A DNA stretch of 64,000 nucleotides from assembly GCA_965205535.1 (NCBI GenBank), contig CBDBHH010000005.1, forward strand, positions 2,140,672-2,204,671, read 5' to 3'. This stretch comes from Alphaproteobacteria bacterium (GTDB lineage: Bacteria > Pseudomonadota > Alphaproteobacteria > UBA6615). The notes beneath the pieces were generated by a model. The model was not told the DNA's origin. It searched no databases and saw only the letters and a list, made by a program, of their open reading frames with translations. Numbering within the stretch: the first letter of the stretch is position 1; the number at the start of each line of letters is the position of its first letter. Position numbers and translations under genes: made by a program. Positions 24,479 through 47,480 of this stretch are shown piece by piece.

Positions 24479-25265
24479 TCTCGTAGAGCGCGACCGCGGC
24501 CGCATTCGACACGTTAAGGCTTTCGACGGCATTGCTTTGCGGGATATGGGCAAGCGTGTCGCAACTCTCGGCCACAAGGCGTCGTAGACCGGTGCCTTCC
24601 GCACCCAGAACCAGCGCCGTCGGACCATCGATGCGCGCTTGGGCCAATGTCGTCGTGACTTCGCCGGCCAACCCGATGCACCAGAAGTTTCTGGCCTTCA
24701 GGGCTTCTATCGACCGGGCCAGATTTGTTTCCCGGACCATTGTGACGGCCTCCAGGCCCCCGGACGCTGCTTTTGCCAATGCACCCGTTACGGGTGGTGC
24801 GTGCCGGTCCTGCATGACGACGGCGGTGGCGCCGAAGGCCGCGGCAGTGCGCAGGATCGCACCGACATTCTGCGGGTCGGTGACCTGGTCCAATACCAGA
24901 ATGCACGGCGTGTCGGTTTGCAGTGCCCTGTCCATCGCGTCTTCGATGCCGGCATCTTCGAGCGGCCGCGCGAGCAGGGCGATCCCTTGATGCACGGCCC
25001 CCTGGGGCAGCACGTCGGAGACGTCGTCACGCGAGACCCGGTCGATCACGGCGTCATGTCCGCCGATTTCCGCAGCCGCGCGCGCCAGTTCCACGTCGTC
25101 CTCGTCACTGACCAGCGCGCGTTCGCAAACCCGTTCGGGGTTGGCCAGGGCGGCGAGCACGGCATGTGTGCCATAGAGCCAGTTTGGGGCGGTCGGATCG
25201 CCGCCGCTGCGACGGCGATGAGATTTTCCGGGATTTGTGCGCCGTTTGGGGTGTTTTCGTGCCAT
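24462..25265 (-). CDS. rlmB: 23S rRNA (guanosine-2'-O)-methyltransferase RlmB-like, SpoU/TrmH family
   Basis: Track ORF 24462..25577 reads through antisense tRNA-Tyr. A realistic start is MARKHPKRR at 25265. SpoU motifs: DQVTDPQNVGAILRTAAAFG, LVLGAEGTGLR, IPQSNAVESLNVSNAAAVALYE. Confidence 0.8.
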   Translation of the reverse strand: MARKHPKRRTNPGKSHRRRSGGDPTAPNWLYGTHAVLAALANPERVCERALVSDEDDVELARAAAEIGGHDAVIDRVSRDDVSDVLPQGAVHQGIALLARPLEDAGIEDAMDRALQTDTPCILVLDQVTDPQNVGAILRTAAAFGATAVVMQDRHAPPVTGALAKAASGGLEAVTMVRETNLARSIEALKARNFWCIGLAGEVTTTLAQARIDGPTALVLGAEGTGLRRLVAESCDTLAHIPQSNAVESLNVSNAAAVALYEITRRA

Positions 25266-25365
25266 AGTCGGGGCTCTTAGGCCATTCGGCGTCCGCCCGC
25301 AATATCCGCGTGGCAACGTTTGTGCACAAATGGCTGTTATTTTGAGGTTTTCCGCCGATTGGCGG

Positions 25366-25394
25366 TTGACACGTCGAGCGAAATCTACATATTG
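25366..25394 (+). promoter_or_regulatory. Candidate sigma70-type promoter for the tRNA-Tyr/tRNA-Gly/tuf transcription unit
   Basis: TTGACA (25366-25371), 17-nt spacer, ATATTG (25389-25394). T-rich UP-like tract upstream (GTTATTTTGAGGTTTT) and a GC-rich discriminator downstream. Confidence 0.4.
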
Positions 25395-25477
25395 CGCCCC
25401 ACGGGCCGGCGTCCCTTCGACGTTCGGCGCGTTTGCTGTTGGCTGCTTGCAACATGCATGCAGACGATACGGCAGGA

Positions 25478-25562
25478 GGAGGGGTGCCTGAGCGGTTAAA
25501 AGGGGCGGACTGTAAATCCGTTGGCTACGCCTACGTTGGTTCGAATCCAACCCCCTCCACCA
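25478..25562 (+). tRNA. tRNA-Tyr (anticodon GUA), class II with long variable arm
   Basis: GGAGGGG acceptor pairs with CCCCTCC. Anticodon loop CTGTAAA, T-loop TTCGAAT, encoded ACCA end. Confidence 0.9.
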
Positions 25563-25638
25563 CCCGTAAAACGGCACATGAAAAGGAATTTTCGGGGCGA
25601 ACGCCTCGCACAGGATTGGAACGGCACAAACGAATTCG

Positions 25639-25712
25639 GCGGGTGTAGCTCAATGGCAGAGCAGAAGCCTTCCAAGCTTACGACGGGGGTTCGATTCCCC
25701 TCACCCGCTCCA
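25639..25712 (+). tRNA. tRNA-Gly (anticodon UCC)
   Basis: GCGGGTG/CACCCGC acceptor, GCTC..GAGC D-arm, anticodon loop CTTCCAA, T-loop TTCGATT, encoded CCA. Confidence 0.9.
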
Positions 25713-25821
25713 AGGGTTTGGTCGGCAGACGCGTGGAAATATAGCGCGGCCAGCCGGAGCAATAATCGGGACGCCCGGTCCATCGACCGGCACAACGACT
25801 GACAGAACGCAGGGCAAAGAT

Positions 25822-27012
<1,191 letters not shown>

Positions 27013-27039
27013 GCCGGAGCAACGGTGCGTTCGGTGGAT

Positions 27040-27115
27040 AGGAGTGTAGCTCAATTGGTAGAGCACCGGTCTCCAAAACCGGGGGCTGTAGGTTCGAGTC
27101 CTACCACTCCTGCCA
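27040..27115 (+). tRNA. tRNA-Trp (anticodon CCA)
   Basis: AGGAGTG/CACTCCT acceptor, anticodon loop CTCCAAA, T-loop TTCGAGT, encoded CCA. Confidence 0.9.
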
Positions 27116-27163
27116 GCCGGATGGTCCGGTTTGTATTTGTGTCGGGTGCGAAATAGTAACGCG

Positions 27164-27376
27164 ATGAAAGCGGAACGAATGGCAAAACCATCGATTGGCG
27201 AGTTTGTACGCCAGGTTCGACAAGAGGTGAGCAAGGTCACATGGCCGACGCGCACCGAGACAATTCAGTCGACCTTGATGGTCGTTGTCATGGTGGCGTT
27301 TGCGGCCATGTTCTTCTTCCTCGTCGACGTCGTGTTGGCGGAGCTCGTTCAATTGGCCCTGTCGGTCGGGAGTTAG
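27164..27376 (+). CDS. secE: Preprotein translocase subunit SecE
   Basis: Small protein with ...FVRQVRQEVSKVTWPTRTETIQSTLMVVVMVAFAAMFFFLVD (single C-terminal TM). Conserved position between tRNA-Trp and nusG. Start ambiguous (27164 or 27179). Confidence 0.8.
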   Translation: MKAERMAKPSIGEFVRQVRQEVSKVTWPTRTETIQSTLMVVVMVAFAAMFFFLVDVVLAELVQLALSVGS

Positions 27377-27383
27377 TGGTTTG

Positions 27384-27914
27384 ATGGGCATGCAGTGGTT
27401 TGTCGTTCGCGCCTATTCCGGCTTCGAATCCAAGGTCGCGCAGTCGATCAAGGAACAGGCCGTGACCAAGGGCATGGATGACATGTTCGAGGACGTGCTG
27501 GTCCCGACCGAAGAAGTGGTCGAGATGCGCCGCGGCTCGAAAGTGAATTCGGAGCGGAAGTTCTTTCCCGGATATGTGCTCGTTCGCATGGATATGAACG
27601 AGCAGAGCTATCACCTGGTGAAGAACACGCCGAAAGTGACGGGATTTCTCGGTGCGGGCAACAAGCCGGCACCGATCAGTCAGGCGGAAGCCGACCGGAT
27701 CCTGCATCAGGTCAAGGAAGGGGTCGAGCGGCCGAAGCCGTCCGTCACCTTCGATATTGGTGAAGAAGTGCGGGTCAATGACGGCCCGTTCCAGTCGTTC
27801 AACGGTGTTGTCGAGGATGTCGACGAAGAACGTGCACGGTTGAAGGTCTCGGTTTCTATTTTTGGCCGGTCTACGCCGGTTGAGTTGGAATACGGTCAGG
27901 TCGAAAAATTATAG
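27384..27914 (+). CDS. nusG: Transcription termination/antitermination factor NusG
   Basis: MGMQWFVVRAYSGFESKV NGN domain and C-terminal KOW (GEEVRVNDGPFQSFNGVVEDV). Start at 27384 or 27390. Confidence 0.9.
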   Translation: MGMQWFVVRAYSGFESKVAQSIKEQAVTKGMDDMFEDVLVPTEEVVEMRRGSKVNSERKFFPGYVLVRMDMNEQSYHLVKNTPKVTGFLGAGNKPAPISQAEADRILHQVKEGVERPKPSVTFDIGEEVRVNDGPFQSFNGVVEDVDEERARLKVSVSIFGRSTPVELEYGQVEKL

Positions 27915-28018
27915 CCTGAACGTTTGTTGGCCGTCGCAAGACGGTGCGCGGGAGGTTGGCTCCATAAGCCCTTGGGGCGCCGTACCGCGAAACCTCGAAA
28001 GGACATGAGGTCTAAATC

Positions 28019-28447
28019 ATGGCGAAGAAAATTGACGGTTACGTCAAACTAGAAATTCCGGCCGGACAGGCCAATCCGTCGCCGCCCGTCGGGCCGGCGC
28101 TCGGCCAGGCCGGGTTGAACATTATGGAATTCTGCAAGGCGTTCAACGCGGCCACGCAGAACGGCGACCAGGGTGTGCCCACGCCGGTTGTTATTACCGT
28201 CTACCAGGACAAGTCGTTCACTTTTGTCACGAAGACGCCGCCGACCAGTTATTTCCTGAAGAAGGCGGCGCGCGTTCAGAAGGGCAGCGGCACCACGGGG
28301 CGTGACCTCGTTGGCCGTGTCACGGATGCGCAATGCCGCGAGATCGCGGAAGCGAAGATGGTTGATTTGAACGCCAATGACATCGATGCCGCGGCAGAGA
28401 TGATCAAGGGCACGGCCCGGTCCATGGGCCTGGAAGTGGTAGGATAA
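28019..28447 (+). CDS. rplK: 50S ribosomal protein L11
   Basis: 142 aa. [32 protein letters not shown]. Confidence 0.97.
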   Translation: MAKKIDGYVKLEIPAGQANPSPPVGPALGQAGLNIMEFCKAFNAATQNGDQGVPTPVVITVYQDKSFTFVTKTPPTSYFLKKAARVQKGSGTTGRDLVGRVTDAQCREIAEAKMVDLNANDIDAAAEMIKGTARSMGLEVVG

Positions 28448-28449
28448 CG

Positions 28450-29166
28450 ATGGCTAAACCCGGAAAACGTCTGCGCGCTGCACGCGAAAAGGTTGATCCC
28501 GACAATAAGGTGGCGATTGGCGAAGCTGTGCGGCTGGTAAAAGAGAATGCCACCGCGAAATTTGATGAAACGATTGAGATTTCGCTGAACCTGAACGTCG
28601 ACCCGCGCCATGCCGACCAGAACGTGCGTGGCGTCGTGGCCTTGCCGAACGGGACGGGCAAAGAAGTACGAATTGCGGTGTTTGCCAAGGACGAGAAAGC
28701 CGAAGAGGCCCTTGCTGCCGGTGCCGACGTGGTCGGTGCGGATGATCTGGCGGAAAAGGTGCAGAATGGCGAGATCGATTTCGATCGCGTGATCGCAACA
28801 CCGGATATGATGCCTGTCGTCGGTCGTCTCGGTAAGGTTCTGGGCCCGCGCGGTCTGATGCCGAACCCGAAGCTGGGATCGGTGACAAACGACGTGACCG
28901 AAGCGGTTTCAAACGCCAAGTCCGGCGAGGTGCAGTTCCGTGTCGAGAAGACCGGGATCGTGCATGCCGGCATTGGCAAGGCGAGCTTCAGCGAGGAGCA
29001 GATCCGTCAGAATCTCGACGCGTTTCTGGCGGCCATCATGCGGGCCAAGCCGAGCGGCGTGAAAGGCTCATATGTGAACAAGGTGGCGCTTACCTCGACC
29101 ATGGGTCCTGGTGTGCGTTTCGATGTGGCGGACGTTGGTGGTTCGTCGCAGGAAGCGGCCGAATAG
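28450..29166 (+). CDS. rplA: 50S ribosomal protein L1
   Basis: 238 aa. Typical L1 sequence and position after rplK. Confidence 0.97.
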   Translation: MAKPGKRLRAAREKVDPDNKVAIGEAVRLVKENATAKFDETIEISLNLNVDPRHADQNVRGVVALPNGTGKEVRIAVFAKDEKAEEALAAGADVVGADDLAEKVQNGEIDFDRVIATPDMMPVVGRLGKVLGPRGLMPNPKLGSVTNDVTEAVSNAKSGEVQFRVEKTGIVHAGIGKASFSEEQIRQNLDAFLAAIMRAKPSGVKGSYVNKVALTSTMGPGVRFDVADVGGSSQEAAE

Positions 29167-29432
29167 GTCGTCAGTGAAATTTCCGCGGCCGGTGTCATCC
29201 GGGGCGGGAATACTGTCCGAGACTGCAGGCGTCCAAAGGGTTACAGCCCCGCGGACCTAAGTGCTGGAAACAGCGGCCGGCATAGACGGGAGAAGGCGAA
29301 CGGGCAAGTGGCCGTTCGTATCGCTCCTGGGACAGGTTAGGAGCGGTTTCGGTTCGTTTTGGACCGGGGCCAAATTGCAACGGTGCGGTAAGTCGATCTG
29401 TTCGGCTCGCGCCAAGTTTGCGGAGACGGTAA
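29167..29432 (+). promoter_or_regulatory. Long rplJ leader (candidate L10-leader autoregulatory RNA region)
   Basis: A 266-nt non-coding gap between rplA and rplJ. Bacterial rplJL operons are known to carry an L10(L12)4-binding leader here. I did not verify a structure. Confidence 0.3.
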
Positions 29433-29951
29433 GTGGACCGAGCTAGAAAAGAAGAGCTGGTCACCGAACTCAACCAGTCTTTTGCGGAGGCCGCGCTCGT
29501 CGTGGTGACGCAACAGACCGGGCTTACGGTATCGGAGAGTACAGAACTCCGGTCCCAGATGCGTGAGGCAGGTGCCGGTTATAAAGTGACGAAGAACAGG
29601 CTCGCAAAACTCGCCCTGGCGGGAACGCCCTATGAACCGATCACCGATCTGTTCTCCGGGCCGACCGCAATTGCGTATTCCGCCGACCCAGTGGCGGCGG
29701 CACGCGTGGCAGTCAACTTCGCGAAGGAAAATGACAAACTCACCGTTGTCGGGGGCGCCATGGGCGACACCCTGCTCGATGAGAATGCCGTTGAGGCATT
29801 GGCGTCGCTTCCTTCGCTCGACGAGCTGCGCGGCAAGCTGGTGGGCTTGCTGAACGCGCCTGCGACCAAGGTCGCTGGTGTGCTTCAGGCACCCGCCGGA
29901 CAAATGGCACGTGTCATGGGTGCATACGCAAGTCGGGACGAGGCTGCATAG
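29433..29951 (+). CDS. rplJ: 50S ribosomal protein L10
   Basis: GTG start preceded by GGAGACGG. MDRARKEELVTELNQSF. Confidence 0.95.
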   Translation: MDRARKEELVTELNQSFAEAALVVVTQQTGLTVSESTELRSQMREAGAGYKVTKNRLAKLALAGTPYEPITDLFSGPTAIAYSADPVAAARVAVNFAKENDKLTVVGGAMGDTLLDENAVEALASLPSLDELRGKLVGLLNAPATKVAGVLQAPAGQMARVMGAYASRDEAA

Positions 29952-30006
29952 GCCGGTCTGAACATTCGAAAACAAAAGTCTCTCAAAGTCTCAGGAGTAA
30001 ATGAAA

Positions 30007-30384
30007 ATGGCAGATATTGAAAAAATCGCAGAGGATCTCAGCGCTCTCACCGTTCTCGAGGCCGCCGAATTGTCGAAGATGCTCGAGGAAAAATGGGGCG
30101 TCAGCGCCGCGGCACCTGTTGCGGTAGCTGCGGGTGCGCCGGCCGGCGATGCCGGTGGCGCTGCTGAGGAACAGACGGAGTTTGACGTCATCCTCGCAGC
30201 GGCAGGCGAAAAGAAGATCAACGTGATCAAAGAGGTCCGGACGATTACCGGTCTGGGCCTGAAGGAAGCCAAGGACCTCGTCGAAGGTGCGCCAAAGCCG
30301 GTTAAGGAAGGCGTGACCAAGGAAGAGGCCGATGAGCTGAAGGGCAAGCTGGAAGAAGCGGGCGCGACCGTCGAGCTCAAGTAG
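30007..30384 (+). CDS. rplL: 50S ribosomal protein L7/L12
   Basis: [22 protein letters not shown]... The second ATG is chosen for better SD spacing (AGGAG); the track ORF begins at 30001. Confidence 0.95.
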   Translation: MADIEKIAEDLSALTVLEAAELSKMLEEKWGVSAAAPVAVAAGAPAGDAGGAAEEQTEFDVILAAAGEKKINVIKEVRTITGLGLKEAKDLVEGAPKPVKEGVTKEEADELKGKLEEAGATVELK

Positions 30385-30402
30385 CTCGCCAGCAAAGGAT
30401 TC

Positions 30403-30435
30403 GGCGGTGGCCGGGGTGCAATCCCCGCCGCCGCC
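30403..30435 (+). promoter_or_regulatory. Strong GC hairpin in the rplL-rpoB spacer (candidate attenuator; no U-tract)
   Basis: GGCGGTGGCCGGGG / CCCCGCCGCCGCC pair as 13 bp with one bulged C, loop TGCAAT. Known rplL-rpoB attenuation in enterobacteria is the analogy. Confidence 0.3.
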
Positions 30436-30585
30436 GGCATCCTCGGATCGCCGAAGGCCACAAGGGTCCGTGGTCGGCGACGATGCGACGATGCCGGAAG
30501 GGCGTAAGCCCGAGTCCGGTCAGTCGAATTGGAATGGCCCGATTGGTCGTGTGCATACGCTCACGACAACGAAGAGAGGCAGTTA

Positions 30586-39167
<8,582 letters not shown>

Positions 39168-39194
39168 CGCCGTCTCCGACAGGCTGAATGTGGC

Positions 39195-39232
39195 GCGCCG
39201 CCCCGGATTATTTCGGGGCGGCGCGTTTCGTT
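39195..39232 (+). terminator. Rho-independent terminator after rpoC
   Basis: GCGCCGCCCCG (39195-39205), loop GATTATTT, CGGGGCGGCGC (39214-39224), followed by GTTTCGTT. Confidence 0.7.
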
Positions 39233-39353
39233 GGGCGATGGGCCAATTTGGCTAATAATCTTTCGCTAAAGGCCATTGTTGCTGACTGATTATTGCTCTG
39301 TGGGCGAGCGCAGAGACGGCCCGCAACTGCCCGATTTTTATGGTTTTTCGGTG

Positions 39354-39382
39354 TTGACGGCCATAGGGCTCGTAAGTAGTAT
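39354..39382 (+). promoter_or_regulatory. Candidate sigma70-type promoter of the str operon (rpsL-rpsG-fusA-tuf)
   Basis: TTGACG (39354-39359), 17-nt spacer, TAGTAT (39377-39382). T-rich tract upstream (GATTTTTATGGTTTTT). Confidence 0.45.
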
Positions 39383-39570
39383 CCGCGCGCCTAATCGGGG
39401 CTGGTCGTAGACCTGCGCAGTCTAAACACTGCCCCTGGCAATACGAACCATATGCGCGAACGCTTACGAGCTAGCGAAAATTGCTCGCAGGGACAGAAAC
39501 GTTTTCTGTCCCGAGTTTGCTTTGTGCAGATGGTTGCAGAAAACGTAACGGGAAGAACTAAGGAAGCCAC

Positions 39571-39942
39571 ATGCCGACGATCAATCAGTTGATCCGCAAG
39601 CCACGCAAGGCACCGATCAAGCGGAACAAGGTTCCCGCCCTGGAGGCATGCCCGCAAAAGCGTGGTGTTTGCACGCGTGTCTACACAACCACGCCGAAGA
39701 AGCCGAACTCGGCCCTGCGAAAGGTCGCGCGTGTGCGCTTGACCAACGGGTTCGAAGTCACGAGCTACATCCCCGGTGAGGGCCACAATCTTCAGGAACA
39801 TTCGGTGGTTATGATCCGCGGCGGTCGCGTCAAGGATCTTCCCGGTGTTCGCTATCACATCATTCGCGGCACTCTGGATACCCAGGGTGTTTCTGACCGC
39901 CGCCAGCGCCGTTCGAAGTACGGCGCGAAGCGGCCCAAGTAA
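39571..39942 (+). CDS. rpsL: 30S ribosomal protein S12
   Basis: [13 protein letters not shown]... 123 aa. Confidence 0.98.
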   Translation: MPTINQLIRKPRKAPIKRNKVPALEACPQKRGVCTRVYTTTPKKPNSALRKVARVRLTNGFEVTSYIPGEGHNLQEHSVVMIRGGRVKDLPGVRYHIIRGTLDTQGVSDRRQRRSKYGAKRPK

Positions 39943-39957
39943 GCAAGGTCCAGATAT

Positions 39958-40428
39958 ATGTCCCGCCGTCGCCGCGCAGAAAAACGAGAAATCCTTCCCG
40001 ATCCCAAGTTTGGTGATCTGGTCGTCAGCAAGTTCACCAACAGCGTCATGCTGGATGGCAAGAAATCCATTGCCGAGCGCATTGTTTATGCCGCGCTCGA
40101 CGATATTGCCTCCAAACGCGGCAGCGATCCGGTCCGGACGTTCCATGAGGCGCTGGAAAACATCAAGCCGCAGCTCGAAGTCCGCTCGCGGCGCGTCGGC
40201 GGTGCCACCTATCAGGTGCCGGTTGAAGTTCGTTCCGAGCGCGCCCAGGCGTTGGCATTTCGCTGGCTGATCCAGGCGGCGCGTGGACGGCCCGAAAACA
40301 CCATGGAAGAGCGTCTGTCGCGCGAATTGCAAGACGCGGCTGAAAATCGCGGAAACGCGGTTAAAAAACGCGAAGACACCCATCGGATGGCAGAGGCCAA
40401 CAAGGCCTTCTCCCATTACCGTTGGTAG
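39958..40428 (+). CDS. rpsG: 30S ribosomal protein S7
   Basis: [20 protein letters not shown]... 156 aa. Confidence 0.98.
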   Translation: MSRRRRAEKREILPDPKFGDLVVSKFTNSVMLDGKKSIAERIVYAALDDIASKRGSDPVRTFHEALENIKPQLEVRSRRVGGATYQVPVEVRSERAQALAFRWLIQAARGRPENTMEERLSRELQDAAENRGNAVKKREDTHRMAEANKAFSHYRW

Positions 40429-40463
40429 CCTTCTAGCGAACGACCGAACGAAAGAATCCAGAC

Positions 40464-42545
<2,082 letters not shown>

Positions 42546-42609
42546 CGCCGAAGCAGAATTTTTTACCGCCGCAGACTTGTGGACGGCGGTATCAGACGGA
42601 GACTGAGTG

Positions 42610-43800
<1,191 letters not shown>

Positions 43801-43859
43801 GCATACAACGGATCGGCGGTTTCTCCGGAAATCGCCGATCGTTTTAACGGGACACCGAA

Positions 43860-44168
43860 ATGGACAGTCAACATATACGGATCCGGCTTAAGGCCTTTGA
43901 TCACCGCGTGCTCGACCAGTCGGCGAAAGAGATCGTCGGCACGGCCAAGCGGACCGGTGCAGAGGTTCGGGGTCCCATCCCTTTGCCGACACGAATTGAG
44001 AAATTTACGGTTCTTCGTTCGCCGCACGTCAATAAGAAGGCGCGTGAGCAGTTCGAGATTCGTACCCACAAACGTCTGCTCGACATTATCGACCCGACGC
44101 CACAAACGGTTGATGCGCTTATGAAGCTCGACCTGGCGGCGGGTGTCGACGTGGAAATCAAGCTTTAA
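43860..44168 (+). CDS. rpsJ: 30S ribosomal protein S10
   Basis: 102 aa. [14 protein letters not shown]. Confidence 0.97.
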   Translation: MDSQHIRIRLKAFDHRVLDQSAKEIVGTAKRTGAEVRGPIPLPTRIEKFTVLRSPHVNKKAREQFEIRTHKRLLDIIDPTPQTVDALMKLDLAAGVDVEIKL

Positions 44169-44177
44169 GGGGCCGAG

Positions 44178-45020
44178 ATGCGTACCGGCATCATTGCACA
44201 GAAACTGGGTATGACCCGCGTCTTTGACGACGGCGGCAATCACATCCCGGTCACGGTTTTGAAGGTCGACGGCTGTGACGTCGTTGATCAACGCACCATG
44301 GAACGCGACGGATATACGGCCCTTCAGGTCGGAACCGGCAGCGCGAAACCCAAACGTGTCGGCAAGGCCATGCGTGGCCACTTCGCCAAGGCGAAAGTGG
44401 AGCCACGGCGCAAGGTTACGGAATTCCGTGTCGCCGAAGATGCGTTGGTCGATATCGGCTCGCGGATTCCGGTCGATCACTTCGTCTCGGGTCAGTTTAT
44501 CGACGTCACGGGCACGTCGATCGGTAAGGGCTTCGCCGGTGCGATCAAGCGCCATAACTTTGGCGGTTTGCGCGCGACCCATGGTGTTTCGATCTCGCAT
44601 CGCAGTCACGGTTCCACGGGACAGTGCCAGGACCCGGGCAAGGTCTTCAAAGGCAAGAAGATGGCCGGTCACATGGGTGCGACCCGGGTGACAACCCAGA
44701 ATCTTCGTGTCGTAACCACCGACACGGATGAGGGCCTGATCCTCGTCGAGGGCGCGGTACCGGGGTCCAAGGGCGGTTACGTCCTGGTGCGCGACGCGAT
44801 CAAAAAGACGCTTCCCGATGATGCGCCTTACCCGACGGTTGCAGCAGATGCGCCGGTCGAAGAGGTCGCGGAAGATGCAGCGCCGGCCGAAGAGGCTGTC
44901 GAGGACGTCGCTGAAGATGCGGCACCCGCCGAAGATGCGGCACCCGCCGAGACGCCTGCTGAAGACAATGCCGACAGCGCCGACGATGCCGCTTCGGACA
45001 CTCCGGAATCGAAGGACTGA
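44178..45020 (+). CDS. rplC: 50S ribosomal protein L3 with about 65-aa acidic Ala/Glu/Asp/Pro-rich C-terminal extension
   Basis: 280 aa. The canonical L3 core runs to about ...[12 protein letters not shown], followed by the tail [68 protein letters not shown]. Confidence 0.95.
   Translation: MRTGIIAQKLGMTRVFDDGGNHIPVTVLKVDGCDVVDQRTMERDGYTALQVGTGSAKPKRVGKAMRGHFAKAKVEPRRKVTEFRVAEDALVDIGSRIPVDHFVSGQFIDVTGTSIGKGFAGAIKRHNFGGLRATHGVSISHRSHGSTGQCQDPGKVFKGKKMAGHMGATRVTTQNLRVVTTDTDEGLILVEGAVPGSKGGYVLVRDAIKKTLPDDAPYPTVAADAPVEEVAEDAAPAEEAVEDVAEDAAPAEDAAPAETPAEDNADSADDAASDTPESKD
44913..44948 (+). repeat. Perfect 18-bp tandem duplication (2 units, EDAAPA x2) inside the rplC tail
   Basis: GAAGATGCGGCACCCGCC at 44913-44930 and again at 44931-44948. 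An imperfect third copy lies at 44871-44888. Confidence 0.9.
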
Positions 45021-45025
45021 CCCGC

Positions 45026-45646
45026 ATGAAACTCAAGGTCGTCAATCTCGAAAACAAGGATGCCGGCGAGATCGATCTCGACGATGGCATCTTTGGTGCG
45101 CCGGTCCGCAAGGATTTGCTTGCGCGCGCCGTTAATTATCAGCTCGCCAAGCGTCGTCAGGGTACGCACAAGACCAAGACCCGTGGCGAGATCAATGGCA
45201 GCACGGCGCGTCCGTGGCGCCAGAAGGGTACGGGCCGCGCGCGCGCGGGTGACCGTAAGGCCGGGCATTGGCGCGGAGGTCAGACCACGTTCGGCCCGCA
45301 GCCACGTGACTATTCGATGGATTTGCCGAAGAAGGTTCGCAAGCTGGCCCTGAAGGTCGCGCTGTCGTCCAAATGTGCGGATGGCAAGCTGGTCGTTCTT
45401 GATGCGGCGAGCGCATCCGAACCGAAGACCAAGGCGATCGCCGCGCAACTCAAGGCGATGGGCCTCTCGTCAGCTCTCATTGTCGATGGCACCGAACTCG
45501 ATCGTAATTTTCAGTTGGCCGCGCGCAATATTCACGGCGTGGACCTGCTGCCTCAACATGGTGCGAATGTTTACGACATTCTCCGCCGCGACACGCTCGT
45601 GCTGACGCGCCAGGCTGTCGAACAGCTTCAGGAGCGCCTCCGATGA
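45026..45646 (+). CDS. rplD: 50S ribosomal protein L4
   Basis: 206 aa in conserved S10-operon position. Confidence 0.96.
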   Translation: MKLKVVNLENKDAGEIDLDDGIFGAPVRKDLLARAVNYQLAKRRQGTHKTKTRGEINGSTARPWRQKGTGRARAGDRKAGHWRGGQTTFGPQPRDYSMDLPKKVRKLALKVALSSKCADGKLVVLDAASASEPKTKAIAAQLKAMGLSSALIVDGTELDRNFQLAARNIHGVDLLPQHGANVYDILRRDTLVLTRQAVEQLQERLR

Positions 45647-45972
45647 GCTCGAACCGTAAGCCTCGCGGCCGGATCCAGGTCTCGAACGAGCGCATGTATG
45701 AACTCGTCCGCTCACCGATCATTACCGAAAAAGCGACGCTCGTGTCGGAGCATAACCAGGTGATGTTCCGGGTTCCGGTGGACGCAACCAAACCCGAGAT
45801 TCGGGCCGCGGTTGAAGGTCTGTTCAACGTCAAGGTCAAGGCGGTGAATACGATCCTGCAGAAGGGCAAGACCAAACGCTGGCGCGGCCAGCTGGGTCGA
45901 CGAAATGATGTGAAGAAGGCCGTCGTGAGCCTCGCCGATGGCGAGTCCATCGATATCACGGCAGGCGTCTAG
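45643..45972 (+). CDS. rplW: 50S ribosomal protein L23
   Basis: The ATGA overlap with rplD gives 109 aa. The alternative internal start [15 protein letters not shown] (45694) would give a more typical length. Confidence 0.9.
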   Translation: MSSNRKPRGRIQVSNERMYELVRSPIITEKATLVSEHNQVMFRVPVDATKPEIRAAVEGLFNVKVKAVNTILQKGKTKRWRGQLGRRNDVKKAVVSLADGESIDITAGV

Positions 45973-45982
45973 AGGGTTCGAA

Positions 45983-46807
45983 ATGGCACTAAAGCAGTTC
46001 AAATCGATCACCCCCGGACAACGCGGACTCGTCCTCGTTGATCGTTCGGAGCTTTGGAAAGGTGGCCCTGACAAGTCACTGACTGAAGGTTTGAACAAGA
46101 AGGGTGGCCGCAACAACACCGGACGGATTACTGCGCGTCGCCGTGGTGGCGGGCATAAACGCCTGTACCGTCATGTTGATTTCAAGCGTCGCAAATATGA
46201 TGTGTCGGCAACTGTCGAGCGGATCGAATATGATCCCAACCGTACGGCTTTCATTGCGTTGATCGCCTATGAAGATGGTGAGAAAAGCTACATCCTGGCA
46301 CCGCAGCGCCTGAACGTTGGTGACACAGTCATTGCCGCGCAGCGCGCCGATGTGAAGCCGGGCAATGCGATGCCGCTTCGGTCGATCCCGATCGGCACCA
46401 TCATCCACAATGTTGAGCTCAAGGCGGGCGCGGGCGGCAAGATGGCGCGTGCAGCGGGAACCTATGTTCAGCTGGTCGGCCGCGATCGCGGTTACGGGCT
46501 TCTGAAGCTCGCATCCGGCGAAGTTCGCATGGTCCGCCAGGAATGCATGGCAACAATTGGTGCGGTGTCGAACCCGGACCAGTCCAACATTAAACTGGGT
46601 AAGGCCGGCCGGAAGCGCTGGCTTGGCAAGCGCCCGTCCGTTCGCGGCGTGGCCATGAACCCGATCGATCATCCCCATGGTGGTGGCGAAGGCCGGACGT
46701 CCGGCGGCCGTCATCCTGTAACCCCATGGGGCAAGCCGACCAAGGGCAAGCGTACGCGGTCTAACAAGAAGACCGATTCGCTGATCCTGCGTCGGCGCGC
46801 GAAGTAG
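45983..46807 (+). CDS. rplB: 50S ribosomal protein L2
   Basis: Start [15 protein letters not shown]. The track ORF start 45938 would overlap rplW. Confidence 0.96.
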   Translation: MALKQFKSITPGQRGLVLVDRSELWKGGPDKSLTEGLNKKGGRNNTGRITARRRGGGHKRLYRHVDFKRRKYDVSATVERIEYDPNRTAFIALIAYEDGEKSYILAPQRLNVGDTVIAAQRADVKPGNAMPLRSIPIGTIIHNVELKAGAGGKMARAAGTYVQLVGRDRGYGLLKLASGEVRMVRQECMATIGAVSNPDQSNIKLGKAGRKRWLGKRPSVRGVAMNPIDHPHGGGEGRTSGGRHPVTPWGKPTKGKRTRSNKKTDSLILRRRAK

Positions 46808-46819
46808 AGGAGAACGGCA

Positions 46820-47098
46820 GTGGCGCGTTCTGTATGGAAAGGTCCGTTTGTCGACAGCTATCTGCTCAAGAAGGCAGAGGTGGCGCGGGCGTCAGGCCGT
46901 AACGATGTGATCAAGACCTGGTCACGCCGTTCTACGATCCTGCCCCAGTTCGTCGGTCTGACATTCGGTGTCTACAACGGTCAGAAATTTATCCCGGTTC
47001 TCGTGACAGAGAACATGGTCGGGCAGAAGTTCGGTGAGTTCTCGCCGACCCGGTCCTACTTCGGGCATACGGCTGACCGTAAGTCGAGGCGGGGATAG
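46820..47098 (+). CDS. rpsS: 30S ribosomal protein S19
   Basis: GTG start after [18 protein letters not shown]. Confidence 0.96.
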   Translation: MARSVWKGPFVDSYLLKKAEVARASGRNDVIKTWSRRSTILPQFVGLTFGVYNGQKFIPVLVTENMVGQKFGEFSPTRSYFGHTADRKSRRG

Positions 47099-47100
47099 CC

Positions 47101-47478
47101 ATGGGCAAGAAAGCCACACCGCGTAGCTTGGCCGATACCGAGGCTCGCGCCGTCATCAAGAATCTTCGGGTGAGCCCGCAGAAGCTGAACCTTGTTGCGG
47201 CACAGATCCGCGGCAAGCCTGTTCAGCGCGCGCTTATGGATCTCGAATTCTCGCGTCGCCGCATTGCACAGTCGGTCAAGGCCGGCCTGGAAAGCGCGAT
47301 TGCGAATGCAGAAAACAATCATCAGCTCGACGTCGACCGTCTGGTCGTTGCCGAAGCCACGGTTGGCAAGGGCCTCGTGATGAAACGCTGGCGTGCACGA
47401 GCACGTGGACGTGTCGCGCGTATTCACAAGCCGTTCAGCCAGATCACGCTCGTCGTTCGCGAGCAGGGAGAGGCATAA
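47101..47478 (+). CDS. rplV: 50S ribosomal protein L22
   Basis: 125 aa in conserved position. Confidence 0.95.
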   Translation: MGKKATPRSLADTEARAVIKNLRVSPQKLNLVAAQIRGKPVQRALMDLEFSRRRIAQSVKAGLESAIANAENNHQLDVDRLVVAEATVGKGLVMKRWRARARGRVARIHKPFSQITLVVREQGEA

Positions 47479-47480
47479 GT

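Noticed and set aside
24462-25577. Track ORF of 371 aa suggests a much longer RlmB with a 104-aa N-terminal extension.
   Set aside because: The extension (MPFYGWWRGLDSNQRRRS...) is the antisense translation of tRNA-Tyr and the promoter region. The conserved TrmH-family sequence begins at MARKHPK (25265).
43801-43859. Hairpin GATCGGCG-N14-CGCCGATC followed by GTTTTA between tuf copy 2 and rpsJ, a possible terminator or S10-leader element.
   Set aside because: An 8-bp stem with a 14-nt loop is weak, and I cannot distinguish an attenuator from chance. I am not reporting it as a feature.
45938-45982. Upstream-extended starts offered by the ORF track for rplB (45938), rplE (49693), rpmD (52548), nusG (27285), rpoB (30529) and rarA (59339).
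   Set aside because: The extensions overlap the preceding conserved gene and lack family-typical N-termini. The internal starts give canonical N-terminal sequences and sensible SD spacing.
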